Shown: positions 35,249 to 41,902 of the stretch, one piece after another | Position numbering within the stretch: position 1 is the first letter of the stretch | How the letters are laid out: every line of letters starts with the position of its first letter | Assembly (NCBI GenBank): GCA_048629905.1 | Contig: JAIWHF010000002.1 | Coordinates: 1 to 41,902, forward strand | Length of the DNA stretch: 41,902 nucleotides | DNA from: Methanosarcinales archaeon | GTDB taxonomy: Bacteria; Chloroflexota; Anaerolineae; Anaerolineales; E44-bin32 | Direction of reading: 5' to 3' | Notes under the pieces: generated by a model | The model's database searches: none | What the model was told of the DNA's origin: nothing | Seen by the model: the letters and a program-made list of their open reading frames with translations, nothing else | Program-made: the position numbers and the translations under genes

Positions 35249-35276
35249 AGGGATTTCTCGCTTCGCTCGAAATGAC
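35249..35276 (-). repeat. GTCAT-type unit, copy 4 (AGGGATTTCTCGCTTCGCTCGAAATGAC)
   Basis: Inverted partner of copy 3. Confidence 0.7.
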
Positions 35277-35349
35277 ATTTCATTGGATGTAAAGCTGCTC
35301 CATTTCGCATTTAAATAATCTGGGCCGATATTACAATCGACACACTCAT

Positions 35350-35381
35350 GGTAGAGACGCAGCACGCTGCGTCTCTCTACC
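35350..35381. repeat. Strong stem-loop GGTAGAGACGCAG-CACG-CTGCGTCTCTCTACC
   Basis: 13-bp stem with a 2-nt bulge and no flanking T-tract. Confidence 0.6.
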
Positions 35382-35430
35382 TCCATCTGGTTTTAAACGT
35401 GAGGGAGGTCCGCTCGCCTGGGCAGGTCTT

Positions 35431-35469
35431 GAAAATGGCAAAAGAACGGGCCGACACAAAGATCGGCCC
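35431..35469 (-). terminator. Rho-independent terminator of the NACHT gene (GGGCCGA-TCTTTGTG-TCGGCCC, then GTTCTTTTGCCATTTTC on the minus strand)
   Basis: Hairpin at 35448-35469 with a T-rich tail on the minus strand, 28 nt after the stop codon. Confidence 0.7.
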
Positions 35470-35496
35470 TTGTAAGTTAATCCACGAAGCTTAGGC

Positions 35497-37926
35497 TCAG
35501 GTAGATCTGGACGGCATCGAGGAGCGAATTTCAACGCCTGATGCTCTGATCTGCCAAAGTGCCTCGTACGCGGCGTCTCTTAAATGAGGTTCAGAGGAAC
35601 TCAGCGCTTGAAAGAGCTCCATTGCCAACTCATCACCGCCGGCCCAGACGATGGCTTCAAGTGCAGCGATTTGCTCCTCCTCGGAACCTTTATTCAACGC
35701 TCGCCGCAACATCTCCAGCGCTGCCCGACCAGGAGCGACTGCTAATCCCTCTTTCTCTGCGAAGGCTTGAAGCCAGGGCAGAGTGGATAAATCATCGGTC
35801 GCAGGGTGGATTTTCCAAGGTGGGTTGCGTTGTCTCTCTAGGACCTCGGCTGCAGCGCCTCTTACGACCCACTGATCATCATCCAGGTGAACTGCTTCGA
35901 GAATCTCAATCGCCCATGGTTCTGGAACTCTGGCCAAGCCAAAGACTGCGGCTCGGCGTGTGAGCAGGTTTTCCATCTCCATCGCGTCGCGCAGCATGGC
36001 ATACCCTTCGTCCGGGTTGCACGCCAGCGCTTCTGCCGCTGCGATTAGAACGCCCTCGTCGCTCTCAAGTAAGATATGCCCCAGGCCCTCGAGCGCTTCA
36101 TCTGTTCCTATGGCTGCAAGGGCTAAGCATGCCGCTTGGCGTGAGTGTAAATTACGCTTGGTTTTAATCGTCTGGATTAGAACTTTTGCTGAATCCTCGT
36201 CCCTCATGCCTCCAAGACCCAGAGCGCCAAGGACTCTGCTGCCAGGTTTATCCGATTCGAGTAGGCGCCGGAAAAGCACCGCGACCGAATCTTCCTGCGC
36301 AGCGGAGAGAGCGTGGACTGTACGCAATCGAAGTCCGTAGGGGCGATTCGGATCGGATACAAGCGCGGCCAGGCGACGCAGGACGTCCGCTCTCCAGGGT
36401 GCTTTTTTCCGTGCTTCAGGCAGGCAGCGGGCCAATGCCAGAAGAGGCAGCTCCAAGGGATCATCCTTGATCTGTAAATAGCGCTCGCTGACAGTGGAAA
36501 TATCTCCGACCGCAGCCAGGTACCCGAGCGTGAGGCTAGCTGGTGACCAATCTATTTCAAGTGAAGCTGGAGCGGAACCGTTGTCTGCAATTTCTCGAGC
36601 GGCGAGATATGCGCCAATATTGGGCTGTGAGAAAGTTAAACGATTCCCAGCATGGCGAGTGAGAATCCCCGCCTCTACCATGTTGTTTACAGGTGTGCCG
36701 CGGCGTATTGAGCGATCGGTAAGAATCCCCGACTGGTTTTCGATCCAGTTGAGGGCTGTCGTCATGGTTGACTTGATCTCGCCCGCTGAGAGCATGCGCT
36801 CAACATAAGCTTCCATGCTGTCAATGATGCGGTCGCCACGCACGTCGCCGACATACGAAGCCCATGTTTGCAACGTGATTTCCAACGGAGACCAGCCCCG
36901 GAAAGTGTTCGTGAGCCAACCCGAGATCAAGGCAGGGTCGATATCCGCAAGCCGTCGCTTGGGCAGCAATGGGGCGATATGAGTCTGCCAGGCTTCAGCC
37001 CATTTATTCATGAAGACTTTTTGATCGTGCGCTGTCCACGGTGCAAGTTGCACGGGAACCAGGCCAGCCTGTGCGAGACCGTCGTAATACATGACCGGTC
37101 CTGCGGCAACAATCAGATTCCCGGGATATTTTTCCATCAAGCGTTTAAGCCAGGTTGAGACAGACGGGATTTCAGAGGCAGTAAATTCGTCCAGCCCATC
37201 GAGAAGCAGAAGAGCCCGCCCGCGTTTAAAATCACCCTGGAGTTGGCTCGGGAGTCGGGAGGCGGCAGCGCTGGATACAGAATCCTGGGCGGCGGTCACG
37301 ATCGGCTTTAGAGGATCTTTTTCAGATGAGCGGTCGAGAACGAGAGCTGCCGCGTGGAGGAAGACCGGTGTTAACTCTGCGGCGGGTCCAACTTCCGGGT
37401 CTCCAAGTGCGGCATGGATGGCGAGATAAGCGAGCGCAGTCGTTTTTCCGGCTCCTGGCCATCCCGTAAGGAGGATGTTTGTCTTTGATGATAGGGCGTT
37501 CCCAAAACTGATGGTTGGTGCTTGATAGATGCCAGACAGATAATTCCAATCGGGCAAAGTTGGCAAGATCGAAAGTGTATTTTCTGGAACCGCCCCGTCT
37601 TTCTCTGGATCCTCAGTGATTGGTGGAGCGAGCAGCCGGGGAGGAACGAGGATTTCCTCGAGGGAGAAGATCGCTCGGGCAACGTGCATCGATTGGGCTC
37701 TAGCGATGAGGTCTGATCGATATCGATCAGCTGTAACTCTTTTCCGACGACTCCCCTTCTCTTGAGAACGCCCCTCGAACCAACCAGAGATTTCATTGCG
37801 GATTGGCCCTAATCTTAAGTAAATGAACGCTCCGAATAACCCGAGCAGGATGCCGAAGATGAATTCGCCATAGTCGAAGAAATTGCCAAACAATCTAATG
37901 TATAAATTTCGAATGATATTTATCAT
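35497..37926 (-). CDS. Membrane-tethered NACHT/STAND P-loop NTPase with C-terminal HEAT-like repeats
   Basis: One N-terminal TM helix (FIFGILLGLFGAFIYL). Pre-NACHT motif SLEEILVPPRL. Walker A ILLTGWPGAGKTT and Walker B ALLLLDGLDEF. The C-terminal ~300 aa contain repeated alpha-helical units of the HEAT/PBS-lyase type (RQAACLALAAIG, LIAAAEALA, RRAAVFGLARV, VRGAAAEVL, LRDAAYEALW). Confidence 0.8.
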   Translation of the reverse strand: MINIIRNLYIRLFGNFFDYGEFIFGILLGLFGAFIYLRLGPIRNEISGWFEGRSQEKGSRRKRVTADRYRSDLIARAQSMHVARAIFSLEEILVPPRLLAPPITEDPEKDGAVPENTLSILPTLPDWNYLSGIYQAPTISFGNALSSKTNILLTGWPGAGKTTALAYLAIHAALGDPEVGPAAELTPVFLHAAALVLDRSSEKDPLKPIVTAAQDSVSSAAASRLPSQLQGDFKRGRALLLLDGLDEFTASEIPSVSTWLKRLMEKYPGNLIVAAGPVMYYDGLAQAGLVPVQLAPWTAHDQKVFMNKWAEAWQTHIAPLLPKRRLADIDPALISGWLTNTFRGWSPLEITLQTWASYVGDVRGDRIIDSMEAYVERMLSAGEIKSTMTTALNWIENQSGILTDRSIRRGTPVNNMVEAGILTRHAGNRLTFSQPNIGAYLAAREIADNGSAPASLEIDWSPASLTLGYLAAVGDISTVSERYLQIKDDPLELPLLALARCLPEARKKAPWRADVLRRLAALVSDPNRPYGLRLRTVHALSAAQEDSVAVLFRRLLESDKPGSRVLGALGLGGMRDEDSAKVLIQTIKTKRNLHSRQAACLALAAIGTDEALEGLGHILLESDEGVLIAAAEALACNPDEGYAMLRDAMEMENLLTRRAAVFGLARVPEPWAIEILEAVHLDDDQWVVRGAAAEVLERQRNPPWKIHPATDDLSTLPWLQAFAEKEGLAVAPGRAALEMLRRALNKGSEEEQIAALEAIVWAGGDELAMELFQALSSSEPHLRDAAYEALWQIRASGVEIRSSMPSRST

Positions 37927-37932
37927 TGAGTG

Positions 37933-38634
37933 TCATCCTGCATAGAGTATACGACCGCATTGATCACAATATACCAGCGTGTTTCCCCCGCGGATCTCCT
38001 GTTCTTTTGACCGTGCAAGGTCCACGCCACAAACGCCGCAGTTACCGCTGGTGAGAAGAGCAAGCGCAACCCCGTCGAAACGGCGCCGGAATTTTTCGTA
38101 GGTTTTCAGGTCCTCTGCGCTGATGTTGCTGAGCGCCGCTTCCCTTTCTGTTTCGGTGCGTTCGATCGTAGAGAGCAGATCAAGGCGATCTGCCGTCATA
38201 AGTTCGTTCTCGCCGCTTTTTCTGGCGACAAGTTCAGTCAGCTTTTGACTGGCTTGAGCATGCTTGAGCTCGGCTTCTTCGAGGGCGACCATTTCCTCAA
38301 GCAGGCGGTCCTCCAGTGTGTCGAGGTAGCGTTTCAGTGATTCGGATTCTAGCTGCAAGTCTTCGAGCTCTTTTGGGTTGGTGACGCTTCCGCCGTACAA
38401 CGCTTTCTGTGTATTTTCGATCTTAGCGCGCTGCGATTCAACCTCGTGATCAGCCTTTGAGTTCGCAGCTCTTGCTTCTGCCAATTGTTCTTCCTTGCTT
38501 TCGAAATCTGAGCGCGCCGTTGTGACCTCCTTATCATCCGCCAGCAGCACGTCGATCTCGGCGATGCGTTCGTGGCAGCGGCTTGTTTGGAGGTCCAGCT
38601 CTTGTAATCGGTATAAACTTGAGACCCGGCTCAT
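37933..38634 (-). CDS. Coiled-coil C4 zinc-ribbon protein (COG1579/DUF164-like)
   Basis: Long heptad-rich, E/K/L-rich body. C-terminus CGVCGVDL...YCDQCGRILY provides two CxxC pairs. Its stop lies 6 nt upstream of the NACHT start. Confidence 0.8.
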   Translation of the reverse strand: MSRVSSLYRLQELDLQTSRCHERIAEIDVLLADDKEVTTARSDFESKEEQLAEARAANSKADHEVESQRAKIENTQKALYGGSVTNPKELEDLQLESESLKRYLDTLEDRLLEEMVALEEAELKHAQASQKLTELVARKSGENELMTADRLDLLSTIERTETEREAALSNISAEDLKTYEKFRRRFDGVALALLTSGNCGVCGVDLARSKEQEIRGGNTLVYCDQCGRILYAG

Positions 38635-38640
38635 AGTGCG

Positions 38641-38670
38641 ATTATAGATGTTTCACGGTTGTCACCGCAA
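38641..38670 (-). promoter_or_regulatory. Minus-strand promoter TTGCGG-N18-TATAAT ending 6 nt before ATG 38634 (leaderless-type)
   Basis: ATTATA at 38641-38646 and CCGCAA at 38665-38670 on the + strand. There is no room for a Shine-Dalgarno sequence. Confidence 0.45.
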
Positions 38671-38715
38671 GGTACGGATGGCATACTGCACAAGCTCGAC
38701 GTACAATGTTTGGCA

Positions 38716-40293
38716 ATGAAGATGCCCAAATCATGGAAAGGCGCCGCCGGCTGGATCCTAGCCGCGCTGACGCTCAGCCTGATTCCAACGATTATCGCAT
38801 GTTCAACCGCCCCTTCGGGGACGGTCTTCACGGGGTTCCTGCTGAACCCGCTCGACGGCTTCTCCTATCTCGCTAAAATGAAGCAGGGCGCAGACGGCTC
38901 CTGGTTGTTCTCCCTGCCTTACGCTGCGGAGCCGGGACCGGGCACATTCCTTTTCGTCTACCATCTGTTCCTTGGCCATCTCTCGCGCTGGACCGGAATC
39001 CCAACGATCCTCGTCTTTCACGCCGCCAGGATTATCGGTGCTGCCCTGATGTTCCTGCTCGTTTATGTGTTATTTCAAGCAACGCTCCCGGAGAGAAGTG
39101 CGAGGCGCACCGCACTCCTGCTCACCCTCTTTGGATCAGGTCTGGGTTGGCTGACAGCCCCGCTGTTTAATCTGCAGCCCAGCGATCTCATGATCCCCGA
39201 ATCGATTCCCTTTCTCATCGCCTACGGAAATGCCCATTTCCCACTTGCCGCGGCCGCACTCCTGGGAGGGATTCTGGTCATTCTCCTGCTGCAAGACCGG
39301 CCCGGACTACGTCTAGCACTTGCCCTTCTGTGCGGTACGATCATCGGGGCGGTGCTGCCTTTCTCCGCGCTGAGCCTTTTCGCGGCAGGTTTCACCTGGT
39401 ACATCTGGGAAGCGACACTCCATTTTCGGAAGAATGGTGCGAGTGCGTTAAAGCAATGGTGGTTTCCTAATCTCACCCCGATCCTGGGGTTGGTTGCCGG
39501 AGCAGCTCCATGGCTCCTCTATGATTTCTGGGTAAGCCGGGTACATCCGGTGATTTCAGCCTGGAATCTCCAGAACCAAACGCTCTCCCCGCCGCCTCTG
39601 AATTACATCTTAGGATATGGTTTGGTCTTGATCCTGGCGGTTGTTGGAATCTGGCGCACGAAACCCGCACAGACGAAAGAGGGGCGCCTGCTGTTAGCCT
39701 GGCTTGTGAGCGGTGTAATCCTGCTTTACATACCAGTCCCGTTTCAGAGGCGCTTATCGCTCGGTCTTTTCTTCCCAATGGCCGCGTTAGCGGGGCTCGG
39801 ATGGTACTCACTCACTGCGAAGCTTTCCCGATCTCGTCTTCTAACCGCGATCCTCATTCTGCTCGTCATGCCCTCCAATCTACTCGTCGTGTCGGCCGGG
39901 CTGCTCGGTGTGACCCAGGGCAGGCCCGCTGTAATTCATTACGAGGATGAACTAACTGCGTACCACTGGGCGGCGGATAACCTGCCGTCGGAGTCGCTCA
40001 TCCTGGCGGCGCCGACAACGGGCAATCGCATACCGGCGTTCGCCTCTTTGCGCGTTCTATACGGTCATCCCTTCGAGACACCGGATGCGGACGCCCAGAA
40101 ACAGAAGGTGGAAGAACTTTTCAAAATGGGGGGGTCTGCATCTTCAGGCGTGCAAGCGCTGATCGAGGGTGGGATTGAGTACGTCTTTTACGGTCCACGC
40201 GAGCAGGAGATCGGGAATCCGGCATGGCTTACGGAACTCGAACTGATTGGTGAATTTGATAAGGTTCGACTCTACAGGGTAAATTCCCAATGA
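38716..40293 (+). CDS. Polytopic membrane protein, possible GT-C-fold glycosyltransferase
   Basis: More than 10 hydrophobic helices and a C-terminal soluble domain. The N-terminal motif NPLDGFSYLAKMKQGADGSWLF sits in the first extracytoplasmic loop. I prefer ATG 38716 (or 38722) over TTG 38659, which lies inside the divergent promoter. Confidence 0.6.
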   Translation: MKMPKSWKGAAGWILAALTLSLIPTIIACSTAPSGTVFTGFLLNPLDGFSYLAKMKQGADGSWLFSLPYAAEPGPGTFLFVYHLFLGHLSRWTGIPTILVFHAARIIGAALMFLLVYVLFQATLPERSARRTALLLTLFGSGLGWLTAPLFNLQPSDLMIPESIPFLIAYGNAHFPLAAAALLGGILVILLLQDRPGLRLALALLCGTIIGAVLPFSALSLFAAGFTWYIWEATLHFRKNGASALKQWWFPNLTPILGLVAGAAPWLLYDFWVSRVHPVISAWNLQNQTLSPPPLNYILGYGLVLILAVVGIWRTKPAQTKEGRLLLAWLVSGVILLYIPVPFQRRLSLGLFFPMAALAGLGWYSLTAKLSRSRLLTAILILLVMPSNLLVVSAGLLGVTQGRPAVIHYEDELTAYHWAADNLPSESLILAAPTTGNRIPAFASLRVLYGHPFETPDADAQKQKVEELFKMGGSASSGVQALIEGGIEYVFYGPREQEIGNPAWLTELELIGEFDKVRLYRVNSQ

Positions 40294-41902
40294 GCACTAG
40301 ATCGCGTGAGTGGTTGTTGGCCCTTCTCGTGATGGCAATTGCCGGCGCGTTGTGGATCCTACCGCTCACATTGCGGCCTCAGCATGTGCCGTTCTGGCCG
40401 GGCGCGGGTTTCAGCGATCTGCTGATTTCTCACTGGCCGAATGCCGTCTGGATCCAGCAATCGATCGCTGAGTGGGGGCAGATCCCCCTCTGGAATCCGA
40501 ACATCCTGTCCGGCATTCCTTTCGCGGCGGACCCGCTTTCCGGTCTCTGGTACCTTCCAAATTGGTTGGCGGTGGCTTTTCCGAGTGCGATCGCTTTCAA
40601 TACCCTCTTCTGGATACATCTCACCTGGGCGGGTTTGGGGGCCTGGGCGCTCGCCCGAGAAGAGGGGTTGAGCAAGTGGGGGGCTGTTCTCGTGGGCATC
40701 GTGTTTGGAGGCGCGCCGAAGTTCGTCGCCCACATCGCCCTCGGACATGTCGGGCTGGTTAGTGCGGTTAGCTGGACACCCTGGGTTCTCCTGCTTACGG
40801 CAAAGACACTGCGTCAGGTCCAGACCGAGGGCAGGTGGCTGAAATGGAGCGCCCTGACAGGGGCGGTGTTGGGTCTCGTTTTCCGTGCCGATCCGCGTTG
40901 GTCGATCCCTTTGATCGGCTTTGCTGCGGCGTATGGAATACGCAACACGCTTCGTGACCGGCAGACTGAATGGAAGAACTTACGCAGGATCGCGCTCGCT
41001 GGAGTGGTGGCAGGCGTATTTGCGGCAGCGATCGCCGCGTGTTTGGGGCTGCCATTATGGGAGTTCCTGCGGTTATCCACCCGCAGCGGGATCAGCGCGA
41101 ACGAACGGGCAATTTTCTCGCTCCCGCTTGAAGGGCTGTTAGGGACAATCTCAATTTTAGAGGGGACGCCTGAGTGGCTGGCTTATTTCGGGGCAAGCGT
41201 TTTAGTCATCTCCGTCCTCTCGATGTTCAATCCCGACCGTCGCCCCTGGTTCTGGATCGGCGTATCGTTTTTCTCAACTATCCTCGCGCTGGGACCTGCA
41301 ACTCCATTTTATGAACTTATAAGCGCCATCCCTGGAGCGGATGTTCTACGCGTGCCTGCCCGTTTCCTATTTATCAGCGCGCTCGGGTGGGCCTTCCTCG
41401 CTGGTTACGGTCTCGATACTTTGATTTCCAACAAGGAAGATATCAAAACCAGAGGCGTGAAGATCTGGCTGTTTGCGACAATATGTCTCATCCTGGCAGT
41501 GAATATTGGGATAGGGATCATCGGCGGGGTGAACTCCATTCGTCAATTAGGACCCATGATCACTGCTACGCTTGTTTTCGTTCTGATAAGCACCTTCATC
41601 GCCGGCCGAATCTCTCTGCGGAGAATCATCCCCCTGATTCTCGGGGTTGTGGTCGTCGATCTTCTCTGGATCAATGTCGGACTCATCCAACCGAAGTCGA
41701 CGGAAGAAATCCTTTCCGAACGTTCCGGATTGACCAGCTTTCTGCAATCGGATCATGGTACCTCCCGTGTTTTTTCCCCCTCTTACAGTGTGCCCCAACC
41801 TCAGGCCGTAATAAACGGGGTGGAACTCGCCGATGGAGTCAACCCGTTGCAGCTTTCAGCCTATCGCCATTACATGGAAACCGCCGTGGGGCTGGATGCT
41901 GG
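40290..41902 (+). CDS. YfhO-like polytopic membrane protein (GT-C-type), 3'-partial at the window end
   Basis: Not in the ORF track. I translated from ATG 40290 (ATGA overlap with the upstream stop) to 41902 and saw no stop codon. Motifs are FWPGAGFSDLLISHWPN, IPLWNPNILSGIPFAADPLSGLWY, and many TM helices. The listed antisense and off-frame ORFs here are shadows. Confidence 0.7.
   Translation, partial: MSTRSREWLLALLVMAIAGALWILPLTLRPQHVPFWPGAGFSDLLISHWPNAVWIQQSIAEWGQIPLWNPNILSGIPFAADPLSGLWYLPNWLAVAFPSAIAFNTLFWIHLTWAGLGAWALAREEGLSKWGAVLVGIVFGGAPKFVAHIALGHVGLVSAVSWTPWVLLLTAKTLRQVQTEGRWLKWSALTGAVLGLVFRADPRWSIPLIGFAAAYGIRNTLRDRQTEWKNLRRIALAGVVAGVFAAAIAACLGLPLWEFLRLSTRSGISANERAIFSLPLEGLLGTISILEGTPEWLAYFGASVLVISVLSMFNPDRRPWFWIGVSFFSTILALGPATPFYELISAIPGADVLRVPARFLFISALGWAFLAGYGLDTLISNKEDIKTRGVKIWLFATICLILAVNIGIGIIGGVNSIRQLGPMITATLVFVLISTFIAGRISLRRIIPLILGVVVVDLLWINVGLIQPKSTEEILSERSGLTSFLQSDHGTSRVFSPSYSVPQPQAVINGVELADGVNPLQLSAYRHYMETAVGLDA

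Noticed and set aside
35175-35249. A 24-codon micro-ORF (MTDRMLEESICIHSKEHRYELSIT) in the core between the inverted GTCAT-type units, preceded by AGGA.
   Set aside because: It is too short and has a weak ribosome-binding site, and I have no way to assess conservation. It is most likely a chance ORF in AT-rich spacer DNA. Ribosome profiling could revisit it.
1-41902. A search by eye for tRNA, rRNA, tmRNA, RNase P RNA or SRP RNA signatures (T-loop GGTTCGAATCC, GAGGAAAGTCC, and similar) and for transposase or integrase genes.
   Set aside because: I found no convincing match. GTTCGA-like strings occur only inside coding regions. A covariance-model scan (tRNAscan-SE, Infernal/Rfam) would be needed to exclude small RNAs, especially in 34957-35447.

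Overview
A 41.9-kb, moderately GC-rich chromosomal segment (GC not computed). Gene content, the apparent use of leaderless and extended -10 promoters, and the style of the intergenic repeats suggest a Chloroflexota (Anaerolineae-like) genome; this is inference only. I call 40 protein-coding genes, 36 on the + strand and 4 on the - strand. They are tightly packed, and several have overlapping stop/start codons. I recognised no rRNA, tRNA, CRISPR array, transposase or prophage genes.

Most of the content is housekeeping:
- DegV, an aldo/keto reductase, PunA, two GNATs, an S1-domain protein, FtsK, a CDP-alcohol phosphatidyltransferase and Lgt
- an ABC-2 exporter, an MBL hydrolase, Hsp20-Lon, MogA and an MFS transporter
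- the division-cluster genes pgeF-yggS-yggT-yggU

There is also a complete copper locus. It runs from a promoter and CsoR operator through csoR-copZ-copA, followed by a CcdA / TlpA-like / Grx-DUF2085 thiol-redox trio.

The items I consider most worth follow-up are:
1. a two-gene, minus-strand operon encoding a coiled-coil zinc-ribbon protein and a membrane-tethered NACHT/STAND NTPase with a HEAT-repeat tail
2. a PHP-AlbA_2 fusion protein downstream of an orphan receiver
3. an XerD-like protein that has lost three catalytic residues, including the nucleophile Tyr
4. a decayed PolX N-terminal relic
5. several families of short palindromic repeats concentrated in four intergenic regions, including a 480-bp gene-free hairpin field

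One long open frame (40290 to the window end) is missing from the supplied ORF track because it has no stop codon in the window. All functional calls rest on motifs read by eye from the translations. No database search was run.
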